Source: an uncultured delta proteobacterium
GTDB lineage: Bacteria > Myxococcota_A > Polyangia > Polyangiales > Polyangiaceae
Assembly (NCBI GenBank): GCA_963850305.1
Contig: CAWKKR010000004.1
Coordinates: 160,001 to 224,000, forward strand
Length of the DNA: 64,000 nucleotides
Direction: 5' to 3'
Shown here: positions 18,748 to 30,271 of the stretch, piece after piece
Layout: the number at the start of each line of letters is the position of its first letter
How positions within the stretch are numbered: position 1 is the first letter of the stretch
Made by a program: the position numbers and the translations under genes
The notes under the pieces: model-generated
What the model was told of the DNA's origin: nothing
What the model saw: only the letters and a program-made list of their open reading frames with translations
Database searches by the model: none

Positions 18748-20218
18748 TCACCGCGACCGGACGTCACGAGAGTCGTCCGGTTGCCGTTGCACGAGCGTGG
18801 GTCGAAAGTCCGCGAACTCCCGGCCGTCGTCCCCGAACGCCAGGCACTCGTCGCCGCGGAGGTAGATCGCGGCGCACGTCTCCGCGGTCCTGTCTTCCGC
18901 CTTGAAGCACACGGCGCCGTTCTCCCGGACGCGGTATGTTCCCGGGACGGTCTCGCCGTCCACGCGAACCCGATACGTGCCGTCGTTCGCGAACGTCGCT
19001 TTGGCGGCCATGGTGCCGAACACGTGCCCCTCGAAGTTCCGGGTGGCCAGCGCCTGGGTCACTTCCCGAACGCTCGCTCGATGTTGCCGAAGTCCACGCT
19101 CGAGCACGACATACCGCCCACGGGAGCCCAGGAGCTCGAACCCGACCGCTTCGAGGTGCTCGAGATCGCGGGTCGCGCCGACCTGCGTGACGAAGAAACG
19201 CGGTCCGGGTGAGCTCGCGGAGGCCGTCCGCGGTCGCGAGGACGAGCACGGGACCGAGACACACGGGGTGATAACTGAAATAACGGCGTTGCACGACGAT
19301 GCCGAGCGCCATCGCCGCCACGAGCGCGAGCGTCCACGGGTTCGGTTTCACGAGGCACACCACACCGAGCGCGGCGATGCACCAAGCGCAGCGCCCGAGG
19401 AACATCTCGAGTCCGAGGCCGTGCACCCACTCCGGATCCAGCGGCGACGCGGCGTAGTGGGGGAGATAGCCGAGCCACTCGCGGAGTGCCGGTCCGGCGC
19501 CGACCGCGGAGAAGTAACCGGCCGTAAGAAGAAGCGGCGCCACGAAGCCGACCGCGAAGGCCAGCAGCGTCGAGGTGCGTTTCTGCGCTACCGCGCCGCG
19601 CCACGCCCGGAATGCGAGGATCGGGAGCGCGAGCAAGGCGAGAGGTTTCATGAGCGTCGCGAGCGCCGCGAACACTCCAGAAGTCGCGCTTGCCGGGCGG
19701 GTGAGGCGACCCGAGACGAGGCTCGCGTAGCTCGCGACGACGAAGGCGGATTCCCAGAACTCGGCTTGCGCGGTGTCCCAGAATCCGAACAGGGTGACGT
19801 CGAACACCGCGAGCGCGAGCGCGGAGAAGCCGAACACGCCATCGGGGAGAATTCGCCCGGCGAGCGCAGGTTCGTCCTTACCCGACGCTGTTGCTACCAG
19901 GGCGGCCGTGCCGAGGACGCTCAAGAGCTCGAGGATCCGGATCGACGACTGACCCGCGCCGAAGAGCGTGATCGCGAGCGAGTACATCGCAAAGATGCCG
20001 GGCGTCTTCACGTCGAATGCGTCGCGGTACGGGACTCTCCCGTGGAGCCACCCGGCGCCAACGTAGTGATAAAGGGCCTGGTCGATGCCGTAGCGATAGA
20101 AGCAGGTCGGGAGCAGGAGCAGCACGGCCGCAATCGTGGCCGCAACGTCGAGCTGCCGGCGCCGGAGCGCGCCAAAAAGGCGCGCGTCCAGGGGCTGCGC
20201 GGCAACGTCGGGGGTCAC
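18748..20218 (-). pseudogene. GT-C fold (ArnT/PMT-like) membrane glycosyltransferase, frameshifted and probably internally deleted near 19200
   Basis: DQALYHYVG..WLHGRVPYRDAFDVKTPGIF, AQAE, multiple TM helices, RYFSYH. After ...GLRELTR the frame switches to PRFFVTQ...YVVLERG..., which continues into the 18748..19107 ORF. Confidence 0.7.
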
Positions 20219-20371
20219 GGGCCGCGACGTTACCTCAACCGGGATGCACGGCGTGATCGTGCGGGAGTCTTGCGTTTCCTGGTGAACCGCCTGGCCCGCA
20301 AGCTGTCGAGAGCCGGCGCGGGACACGCCCTTTCTGGTGTCCGGCGGGACGAACGGTTACGCTCGGCGACG

Positions 20372-21382
20372 ATGATGAAGCGATCCTTGGTCTTGTGCGT
20401 CGGTGTTGGTGTCGCGTCCTTGTCGGCGTGTGGCAGCTCGAGCAAAAGCAATACGCAACCCCGGGACGTGAATTCGACGGATGGAGGCGGGACCGACGCC
20501 GGCGAAGACACCCGGCCGTGCGGCACGAACACGCTCACCGCGGGGACCTTCGATTTCCCCTATGCGAGCGACGCCGACGGGGGAACCGTTCCGTATAGCT
20601 ACATCGTCCATATTCCGCCGAGCTACGACGGCACGAAGCGGACGCCGCTCGTCTTGAACTGGCACGGGCTGACGTCGAACGCGCCGGAGCAAGAACTCTT
20701 CTCCGGGATGGATCAGGTCGCCGACGGCCACGGGGACGCCGGAACGGATACGGGCGGGTTCATTCTCGTGTATCCGAACGCCCCCGACATGGCGTGGAAC
20801 GCCGGCACTTGCTGCGAGGTCGGGGACAGGACCCGCGACGACGTCGCGTTTGCGAGAGCGCTCGTCGCCAAGATCGAGAGCCAGGCGTGCATCGACACCA
20901 AGCGCGTCTATTCGACGGGAATGTCGAACGGTGCATTCATGTCGTACCGCCTCGGTTGCGAAGCGGCGGACCTCTTCGCGGCCGTCGCGCCCGTTGCCGG
21001 CAAGGTGGGGATACCGGATTGCCATCCGTCGCGCCCGGTGCCCCTGATGGCCTTCCACGGCACTGCAGATCCCCTGGTCGCCTACGACACCGGCTCTCTC
21101 TCGGCGGACGGCTATACGGTCCCCGAGACCGTGCAGCACTGGGCCACGGACGCCGACGTCGACGGATGCACCGGAGACCCCGAGCAGACGTATGACAACG
21201 GGAGCGTGACCTGTCAGACGTGGTCTCACTGCAAGGCTGGCGTGACGGCCACGTTGTGCACCGCTCAAGGTGAGGGTCACTGCTGGCCCGGCACTGCGTT
21301 TTGCCCGTACGGGGCCTACACGACGGACATCGACGCGAGCTCGCAGATTGCCGACTTCTTCAAGAAGTTCAAGCTGCCCTGA
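20372..21382 (+). CDS. PHB-depolymerase / LpqC-family esterase lipoprotein
   Basis: Lipobox LSAC; PLVLNWHG, WNAGTCC, DDVAF, RVYSTGMSNGAFM, FHGTAD, GHCWPG. Confidence 0.88.
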   Translation: MMKRSLVLCVGVGVASLSACGSSSKSNTQPRDVNSTDGGGTDAGEDTRPCGTNTLTAGTFDFPYASDADGGTVPYSYIVHIPPSYDGTKRTPLVLNWHGLTSNAPEQELFSGMDQVADGHGDAGTDTGGFILVYPNAPDMAWNAGTCCEVGDRTRDDVAFARALVAKIESQACIDTKRVYSTGMSNGAFMSYRLGCEAADLFAAVAPVAGKVGIPDCHPSRPVPLMAFHGTADPLVAYDTGSLSADGYTVPETVQHWATDADVDGCTGDPEQTYDNGSVTCQTWSHCKAGVTATLCTAQGEGHCWPGTAFCPYGAYTTDIDASSQIADFFKKFKLP

Positions 21383-21409
21383 GCAGCGCGAACAGCCGAG
21401 TTCGCGCGC

Positions 21410-22333
21410 TTAGAGTTCGACCAGCTCGGGTGCCAGAGCGCGGATCTTCGCACGCTGGGCTCCGGATAATCCGGTCTGTGGATGCCGGACGGTCGCCGAC
21501 CTCAGGATGCCGGCAGCGACGAGGGCTTCCTTCACACCCCAGTGGGGGACGACGACCGGATCTTCGTCGAAGAGCTCCGCGGTGACGATCGACGTGGCCC
21601 CGCGGAGACGAGCCTGTGCGGCCCGAGCCGCAGCGTCCGCGCCCATCCGATAGGCGTCGACGAGCTGAATCAAACTCTTCGGCATCAGCGCCGCGACCGG
21701 ACAGATGGCCCCAACGCCCCCCTCTTCGAGACACGCCAGACAGTCGGCGCTGCGCCCCGTGAACATGGAGATGGGACGCCCCACGGCCCGGATCTGAGCG
21801 CGGAGATCCTCCGCTTCCGCGGAGGCGTTCTCGATACCCACGAGCGACACTTCGGCGAACAAGGTGCCGACCTGCTTCGCGGAGAGCGCGGGGTGCGTGG
21901 GACGCGACGCATGATAGTGAAGGGTCGGGAGTTCGACGTCGCGCACGACGGCCGTGTAATGCTGGATCACCTGGGTGAACGGCGTGTCGTACGGCTGAGG
22001 CATGCCGACGAGCACGGCATCCGCGCCGAGATCGCGGAATCGCTTTCCCTGTTCGACGGCGACCGCCGTGGCGAACTGGAGTAACCCGACGAGCACGGTC
22101 GCTCGCCCACGAGCGCGCTCGGCGACGTGACGGACGATCGCGTAGCGTTCGTCATCCGTGAGGTACGGGCCCTCCGCGCCGCTCGCCAGAACCGTCAGAC
22201 CCCGTACTCCGTGCGAGAGCAGTCGATCGACGATCTCCCCCAGACCCTCGAGGTCGAGGCTCTGATCGTCGTGAAACGGCGTCGGTAGGACCGGGTACGC
22301 TCCGATGAGACGGTCGGCGATGCTCGGGACCAC
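21410..22333 (-). CDS. Dihydrodipicolinate synthase (DapA/NAL) family protein, atypical active site
   Basis: GAYPVLPTPF..D.SLD, LTDDER, GADAVLV. SD AGGAG precedes GTG 22333. Canonical GIK is GIE. Confidence 0.8.
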   Translation of the reverse strand: MVPSIADRLIGAYPVLPTPFHDDQSLDLEGLGEIVDRLLSHGVRGLTVLASGAEGPYLTDDERYAIVRHVAERARGRATVLVGLLQFATAVAVEQGKRFRDLGADAVLVGMPQPYDTPFTQVIQHYTAVVRDVELPTLHYHASRPTHPALSAKQVGTLFAEVSLVGIENASAEAEDLRAQIRAVGRPISMFTGRSADCLACLEEGGVGAICPVAALMPKSLIQLVDAYRMGADAAARAAQARLRGATSIVTAELFDEDPVVVPHWGVKEALVAAGILRSATVRHPQTGLSGAQRAKIRALAPELVEL

Positions 22334-22343
22334 GACGATTCTC

Positions 22344-23075
22344 CTAGGGGGCGGTCGGCGACCCCTGCGACGCGAACGCACCCTGAGCAACTCGCTCGTC
22401 GTGGACGACCTTGCCGTCGCGCATGTGCACCACGCGGGGCATCCTCTGCGCGAACGCGGGGTTGTGCGTCACGACGACGATGGTCGTGCCGTGATCCCGG
22501 TTGATCTGGAAGAAGAGCTCGTGCACGGCGTCGCTCGTCGCGCTGTCGAGGTTACCGGTGGGCTCGTCCGCGAGCACCAGCTTCGGATCGAGGAGCAGCG
22601 CGCGCGCGATCGCCACGCGCTGCTGCTCTCCGCCGGACAGCTCCCCGGGTCTGTGCGTCGCGCGATGCTCGATACCGACTTCTTCCAGCAGGGCGCCCGC
22701 TCGCTTCGCGAGCTCCTTCTTGCTCTTCCCGAGGATGAGCCCCGGCATCATCACGTTCTCGAGCGCGTCGAATTCCGGCAGCAAATGATGAAACTGAAAG
22801 ACGAAGCCGAGGGTTCGATTTCGGATGGACGCAAGGCGTGCGCCGCCGAGCTTCGTGAGATCTTCTCCGGCGAGCCGGATGCGGCCCGACGTCGGCAGGT
22901 CCAGCGTGCCGATGCAGTGGAGCAAGGTGCTCTTGCCGGCGCCGGACGGACCGACGATGCAGAGGATCTCGCCGGCGTAGATATTCAGATCGATACCTCG
23001 CAGGACGTCGAGAGTCCGTCCCATGTGCTGGAAGGACTTCTTCAGATCTTCGATGAGGACGAGGGCTTCAGGCAA
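22344..23075 (-). CDS. lolD: Lipoprotein-releasing ABC transporter ATP-binding subunit
   Basis: GPSGAGKST, GFVFQFHHLLPEF, LSGGEQQRVAIARAL, LADEPTGNLD; follows lolC/E. Confidence 0.9.
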   Translation of the reverse strand: MPEALVLIEDLKKSFQHMGRTLDVLRGIDLNIYAGEILCIVGPSGAGKSTLLHCIGTLDLPTSGRIRLAGEDLTKLGGARLASIRNRTLGFVFQFHHLLPEFDALENVMMPGLILGKSKKELAKRAGALLEEVGIEHRATHRPGELSGGEQQRVAIARALLLDPKLVLADEPTGNLDSATSDAVHELFFQINRDHGTTIVVVTHNPAFAQRMPRVVHMRDGKVVHDERVAQGAFASQGSPTAP

Positions 23076-23087
23076 GGTTCACCGGGT

Positions 23088-24764
23088 TCACTCGTAACGG
23101 ATCCCGTCGACCGGGCGCAAGCGGCTCGCGGCGAGGGCCGGATAGACGGTCGCCACGATGGTGATGACGAGCGCGCTGAGCGCGACCAGAAGATAGTCGC
23201 TCGCGTTCACTTCGATCGGTAACCTGTCGACGTAGTAGACTTCGGGATCCAGTCGAACGCCGAACCAGAGCAGCCCCAGGCAGCTCGCCAGACCCGTGAG
23301 CACGCCGAATATCGTGCCGATACCGCCGATGAGCATCCCTTCCGCCATGAAGATGCGCAAAATGGCGCCATCGCTCGCGCCGACGGCCTTCAGGATCGCT
23401 ATTTCCTTGCTCTTCTCCGTGACCATCAGCAGCAAGGTGCAGATGATGCAGAAGCTGGCGACGGCGATCGCGAGGGACAGGATGACGAAGGTTGCGATCT
23501 TCTCGAGCTTCAGCGCCGAAAAGAGGTTCCGGTTCATCTCCTTCCAGTCGCGAACGCGGAGCTCGGGGTCGACCGCGTGGACGGCCCGGGTGACGCCCGG
23601 GCGCACGTTTTCCACGGTCTCCGCGTTATCCGTCTTCACGTCGACGGCCGTCACGTGGCCTCGCATGTCCAAAAACTGCTGCGCCACGTCGAGCAGCATG
23701 TACGCGTAGCTCGAGTCGTACTCGTACATGCCACTGTAGAAGATCGCCGCCACGCGGAAGCTCTTCGTACGCGGCATCACACCGAGCGGCCCCAGGTCTC
23801 CGAGCGGCGCCACGAGCCGCACCTCGTCCCCGACATAGACGTGCAGCGTCTTCGCGAGCTCTCGTCCGACGACGACTCCCGGATAGACGTCGGGGGGCTG
23901 AATGAAATCGTCGAGGCTCGGGTCGAGGTCGTGGCTGAGCCAGGGGCGGAGGCGCGGCCCCTTGAGATATCGCTCGCCGTCGGGGCCGATGCCGACGGGC
24001 TCGTCGGCGGGCAGATCCGCGAGCTTTTCGGGATCCCTGAGGTACTCGAAGCGGCCCACCTCGATGTTCCGGAGAAGGTCGATCACGTTTCCGATCGAGT
24101 TCGGATCGACGCCGCGAACGAGCACGCCGGCGGTGTTCGACGCGCTCGACGCCATCGCTTCCCCTCCGACCACCGGAGTGGCCGCGTGAACGCCGGGCAC
24201 CAGCCGCACGGCGCTGAGCACCGAGTCCGCATCGGAGAAGCCGCCGACGTTCGCCGTATCGATGCGGATATGGGCGTTGTTCCCGATGATCTTCCGCTTC
24301 AGATCCGCGCCGAAGCCCCCCATGATCGAGACCACGGCGCACAGCGCAAACGAGCTCACGGCGACTCCGGCGATGGACAGGATCGAGATGACCGTGAGAA
24401 AGCCGCTCTTCTGCGAGCGCACGTGGCGGACGGCAACGAACGTCCCGAACCGCCAGTTCTCGAGCACGTCGAGCACGAGCGGCAGCGCGAGCGAAATGAA
24501 CCCGATGACGAAACCCGTGGCCGACAGCGCCGCACCCACGCGGACGATCTGGTGCCAGAGCACGAAGTAGCTCCCGCCCGGCTCCGGCAATCGAGACGAC
24601 CAGCCCCCCAGACCGAGCATCCCGGCGAGCGACACCACCGTGAGCCCGATCAGCAAACTCCGCCGATGGGCGTAACCGAGGCGGCGGATCGACGCGACGA
24701 TCCCCCACGCGAGCAACACCGCGCCGATCGCGATGAGCGCGATGCGGCCCGGCAAGCCCGCCAA
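23088..24764 (-). CDS. lolC: Lipoprotein-releasing ABC transporter permease LolC/E with extra N-terminal TM helices (true start may be the ATG at ~24831 with a frameshift)
   Basis: SGFLTVISILSIAGVAV, SIMGGF, SGMYEYD, DWKEMNRNLFSALKLEK, EIAILKAVGA, YPALAASRLRPVDGIRYE. Confidence 0.88.
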   Translation of the reverse strand: MAGLPGRIALIAIGAVLLAWGIVASIRRLGYAHRRSLLIGLTVVSLAGMLGLGGWSSRLPEPGGSYFVLWHQIVRVGAALSATGFVIGFISLALPLVLDVLENWRFGTFVAVRHVRSQKSGFLTVISILSIAGVAVSSFALCAVVSIMGGFGADLKRKIIGNNAHIRIDTANVGGFSDADSVLSAVRLVPGVHAATPVVGGEAMASSASNTAGVLVRGVDPNSIGNVIDLLRNIEVGRFEYLRDPEKLADLPADEPVGIGPDGERYLKGPRLRPWLSHDLDPSLDDFIQPPDVYPGVVVGRELAKTLHVYVGDEVRLVAPLGDLGPLGVMPRTKSFRVAAIFYSGMYEYDSSYAYMLLDVAQQFLDMRGHVTAVDVKTDNAETVENVRPGVTRAVHAVDPELRVRDWKEMNRNLFSALKLEKIATFVILSLAIAVASFCIICTLLLMVTEKSKEIAILKAVGASDGAILRIFMAEGMLIGGIGTIFGVLTGLASCLGLLWFGVRLDPEVYYVDRLPIEVNASDYLLVALSALVITIVATVYPALAASRLRPVDGIRYE

Positions 24765-24830
24765 GGCCCAGATCCGCGCGAGCGAGATGCGCGACGCGCG
24801 ACCCTCGGTGAGCCGTCTCGGCGGCAGGCA

Positions 24831-26513
<1,683 letters not shown>

Positions 26514-26582
26514 GACCGTGATCCCGCCCGCGTACCGCGGTTCTCGGAGCGCGTCCACCGCCGTGGCCGGCGCCGGAGCGGG

Positions 26583-27699
26583 TCAGCTCTCGCCGGCTCC
26601 CGACGGCGCATTTTTCATCAAGTACGCCTCGATGAAGGGATCGAGCGCACCGTCGAGCACCGCGTCCACGTCGGCCGTCTGATGCTCGGTGCGAAGATCT
26701 TTCACGAGCTGGTAAGGCTGGAGAACGTAGCTTCTAATCTGATTGCCCCACGCGATGTCGCCCTTGGCCGCCTCGTAGCGAGCGCGATCCTCGTCGCGCT
26801 TCGCGAGTTCGATGTCGTAGAGGCGCGCCTTCAACATCTTGAGTGCCGTCGCGCGGTTCTGGTGCTGGCTGCGTTCCGCGCGGCACACGATCTGAATCCC
26901 CGTCGGCAGGTGCTTCATGCGCACGGCCGTCTCGACCTTGTTCACGTTCTGCCCGCCCTTGCCACCCGCCCGCATCGTCGTCACCTCGAGATCGCCGTCC
27001 GCGACCTCGATGTCGATCTCGTTCTCGATGTCCGGCTGTACTTCGATCGCCGCGAACGACGTCTGGCGGCGCGCATTGCCGTCGAATGGACTGATCCGGA
27101 CGAGCCGGTGCACGCCGATCTCCGCGCGCAGATAGCCGTAGGCATAGGGGCCGATCGCCATGAACGACGCACTGTCCAGGCCCGCTTCGTCGCCCGCCTG
27201 GTAGTCGAGCATCTCCGTCTTGAAGCCATGACGCTCGCACCAGCGGAGGTACATGCGTAGCAGCATCTCGCCCCAGTCCTTCGCGTCCGTTCCACCCGTC
27301 CCGGGATGGATGCTCACGATCGCCGAAGCGTGATCCGCGGGTCCCGACAGCATGCGCGCGAGCTCGGCGCGCCGCACGCGCTCCGACAGGGTCTCGGCCT
27401 GCTTGTCGAGCTCGGCGAGCAGCCCCTCGTCGTTTTCCTGCGCCGCGAGCTCGAAGAGCTCGACCGCCTCTCCGACATCCTTCGTCAGCGAGGTCGCAAG
27501 CTCGATTTTTTCGATCAGCCCGGCACGCTGGCGCAGGATCGCTTGAGCCTTGTTCTGGTCGTTCCAGAAACCGGCTTCGCCCGAGATCTGATCGATCTCG
27601 CTGACATCCCGTTCGAGTTGCGGGACGTCAAAGATGCCCCCTTAGCGCATCGACGCGCCTCTTGAGGTCCGTCAGGAGATTGCGAGTCTCGGCGATCAT
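26583..27699 (-). CDS. prfB: Peptide chain release factor 2 (programmed +1 frameshift after codon 23)
   Basis: ATG 27699 gives [23 protein letters not shown], then CTT-TGA-C; +1 frame DVPQLERD...GFWNDQ..., SPF and GGQ motifs, [13 protein letters not shown]. Confidence 0.97.
27627..27642 (-). other. prfB programmed ribosomal frameshift signal
   Basis: Minus strand AGGGGG-CAT-CTT-TGA-C: internal SD-like sequence plus slippery site. Confidence 0.95.
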
Positions 27700-27823
27700 G
27701 GCGAGCGGAAACGTACTACCCCGAGCGGCTCTTTTCCAGCTCGGTCATCGAGAAATCGCTGGCGAGCGAGCGAGACGCCAAGGTGGCGTGGGCACTTCCC
27801 TCGCCTCGCAGGCGGGCAGCCAT

Positions 27824-29491
27824 TCAAGGCCCGTGTGCGGCCTCGGGGGGCCGCGGAAGATGCGGCGAGACAGCGGCGTAGTTCACCATCCCAGCGATAG
27901 AGACGTGCGAGAGCGCCTCGATCAGCCGATGTGCGACCGGCGAGGCTGCCTTGACGTAAGAGACCCAGGTTTCCTGGTAGTTCGATCCCTGTGCCGCGAC
28001 CAGCACGTAGCCATGCGTCTCCGCGTACGCGATGAGCGTGTCGCTCGTGGCGCACCACCCTGACAAGAAATTCCCTTGGCCCTCCTGGCTCGACGTCGCG
28101 AGCGGGCTGGTCGGTGCGTGAAGAAAGATGACGTCCGGGTCGAGGGCAGCGAGTCGCGCGCTCGTGATGTGCCCATGGTGGGCGATCCATGCGTCGTTGA
28201 GCCCCCAGGCATCGATCGACGTCCAGCCCGAGCGGAGCGGAATGAGACCCGCTTCCGTCGTCACGATCACACGGCGCGAGCTCCTCACGGTGCGGAGCGC
28301 ATCAGCGACCAGCCCGCGAATATCCGCCTGCACCGGCTCCGCCGGTCGCACGTAGTGCGATACGCGAAATCCGAACAAGACGATCACGCACAGCGCGACC
28401 TCCGCTCTCGCCCAGCGATCCAGCCGTGGAGTCTGGCGCCGAGGCCACTCGTGGAGGAGGGGCGGAATGAGCCCGGTCGCGCCAATCGCCGCAATCATCA
28501 GGCCCGGGAGCTGGAAACGTCCGTCGCGGTTCATCTCGCTCGAGAGGAGCACCCACATCCCCGCGAAGAGGGCTAGCGGAATGGCCACCGCCAGCGCCTT
28601 TCTCCTCGTCGCAGGAAACGCGAGACCGCCGGCGAGGAGCACGAGAAACGGCCACGTGAGAGCCGCCATTTCCTTGATGGAGTCCTTCAAGCCGTCGAGA
28701 TGAAGGTGGCCACCGCCCTTCTTGTAGAATGGGTTCGGCAGGGGATAACCGAAGTAGTGCCAGCGCCACACCACGAAGAGCACACCGGCAGCCCCGACGA
28801 GCGACGCGATCAACACGACGCCGCGCAATGAACGGCGTCCATTCGAAATCAGTATGCTGAGGAGCGCGAAGGTCCCCACCAGAAAGCCTTCGGGGCGAAC
28901 GAGCCCCGCGACGACGATCGACACCGCTAGCGCGAGCTTCGAAAAAGCACCGTCCGGCTGGCGCGCGACGACCTCCACGAGCATCCACACGCACATGACC
29001 GAACAGACGAACACCGGGGTTCCGAAGCCCAGCTGCGCGATCCTGAACACCGGAGTGGTGAGGACGAACGCCGTCACGAACAGCGACGTCAGCGGTCGCA
29101 GTCGATGAAAGCGATGGAGGAACAAATAGGTGCCGGCCGCAATGAAAACGATTGCCGTGGCGTCGAGCGCGAAGACGGCGCTTTCGACCGTGAGCCCGAT
29201 CCGGACGAGGCCCGCCGTCAAGAGCATGAACAGCAGATCGGTGGCCCCGTCGAGCGGGTGTTCCCCGGGGTTCCAGACGACGCCGAGCCCGTGCGCCACG
29301 TTCTCCGCGTAGCGCATCAGCATGGCCGCATCCTCGGCGGGCTCGCTCTTCCTACCTCCGCTCAGTAGGAAGAGAAGCCAGCACGCGACCACGAGGGCGA
29401 CGATCGTCAACGCTTCGGTGCCGAGGGCCCCGGGCTTCCTCGAAAGGTCGAGCCCGGTCTCGGTTCGTGCGCGTTCGGTCGGCATGCTCAT
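27824..29491 (-). CDS. Multi-pass membrane protein, probable GT-C glycosyltransferase
   Basis: EDAAMLMRYAENVAHGLGVVWNPGE..DGAT, LVRPEG, WRWHYFGYPLPNPFYKK, EAGLIP, IDAWGLND. Confidence 0.72.
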   Translation of the reverse strand: MSMPTERARTETGLDLSRKPGALGTEALTIVALVVACWLLFLLSGGRKSEPAEDAAMLMRYAENVAHGLGVVWNPGEHPLDGATDLLFMLLTAGLVRIGLTVESAVFALDATAIVFIAAGTYLFLHRFHRLRPLTSLFVTAFVLTTPVFRIAQLGFGTPVFVCSVMCVWMLVEVVARQPDGAFSKLALAVSIVVAGLVRPEGFLVGTFALLSILISNGRRSLRGVVLIASLVGAAGVLFVVWRWHYFGYPLPNPFYKKGGGHLHLDGLKDSIKEMAALTWPFLVLLAGGLAFPATRRKALAVAIPLALFAGMWVLLSSEMNRDGRFQLPGLMIAAIGATGLIPPLLHEWPRRQTPRLDRWARAEVALCVIVLFGFRVSHYVRPAEPVQADIRGLVADALRTVRSSRRVIVTTEAGLIPLRSGWTSIDAWGLNDAWIAHHGHITSARLAALDPDVIFLHAPTSPLATSSQEGQGNFLSGWCATSDTLIAYAETHGYVLVAAQGSNYQETWVSYVKAASPVAHRLIEALSHVSIAGMVNYAAVSPHLPRPPEAAHGP

Positions 29492-29598
29492 CTGTGACGT
29501 TCACCGGGCGCCCATACGGGACAGGACGGCGGAGGCCGATTTCCGCCCGTTCGACGAGCCGGAAGGTTGCACGCGTCTCCGTCGTTGGCGAGCCATAT

Positions 29599-30252
29599 TC
29601 ACCGGCTCCGCACCCCCCGCGCACCGAACCACCCAGCCGTCAAAACATCGAGCGTGACCTCGGCTTCGGCACGCGATACCGCGGCGGCTTTCATGTCCTC
29701 GGACGTGCTCTTGGGGTCCTTTTCGCGAAGCGCGGCGCGTTGCCATGCAAATAGCGTATCGAGCACCCGGTTCACTAGCTTCGCAGCCGCGTCCGCACGT
29801 TCACGGCGCAAGCGCTCGACGGAAATCTCGTCGCGATCGAACGCGAGCCGGTCGAGGTGCCAGACGAGCCGCCCCTCGAGCCACCATCCAGCGCCTCCGT
29901 ACACCGAGTAACCGTTCGGGTCCGTCGTCGTCGGCGTGAGATGAAGGCTGTCGTCGGTCGTGCGTGCGACGCGTAGCGACACCTCCGGCCACGCCGCGGC
30001 CGACCGCGCCCGCGACGACAGGCTCGCGAGAGTTCGCCACTCGTCGGAAAAGCCCGCGGAGCGGAGAGCGACGGCGACCGCTTCCCGCGCAAGCGACGCC
30101 GTGACCACGACCGGAAGAAGAGTTGGTTGCTGCGGATCAGCGGACGTCCCGGCCGCCGTGCGCGGCGGAGAAGGTCGCGGGGGGTCGGCCCCGGCGCTCG
30201 CGACGGAAGACGAGACGGCGAGCGCGACAGCGCACGACCGGCGGCGGAACAT
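29599..30252 (-). CDS. Secreted hypothetical protein, resembles a single TolC/OEP repeat
   Basis: Signal peptide; ARSAAAWPEVSLRV...LEGRLVWHLDRL followed by long amphipathic helices. Confidence 0.6.
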   Translation of the reverse strand: MFRRRSCAVALAVSSSVASAGADPPRPSPPRTAAGTSADPQQPTLLPVVVTASLAREAVAVALRSAGFSDEWRTLASLSSRARSAAAWPEVSLRVARTTDDSLHLTPTTTDPNGYSVYGGAGWWLEGRLVWHLDRLAFDRDEISVERLRRERADAAAKLVNRVLDTLFAWQRAALREKDPKSTSEDMKAAAVSRAEAEVTLDVLTAGWFGARGVRSR

Positions 30253-30271
30253 GCGCTCCCATCGGGCGACG

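Noticed and set aside
17097..18767. 556-aa minus-strand ORF with SAARMPA repeats
   Set aside because: Mostly antisense to astA; its only distinctive part is the tandem array, and nothing else supports coding.
18902..20371. N-terminal 490 aa of the 826-aa ORF 18902..21382
   Set aside because: It is the antisense of the glycosyltransferase gene; the real esterase starts at ATG 20372 with a -10 box and lipoprotein signal.
26583..27699. prfB as a pseudogene or sequencing error
   Set aside because: The break is the canonical programmed CTT-TGA-C frameshift with an upstream SD-like sequence.
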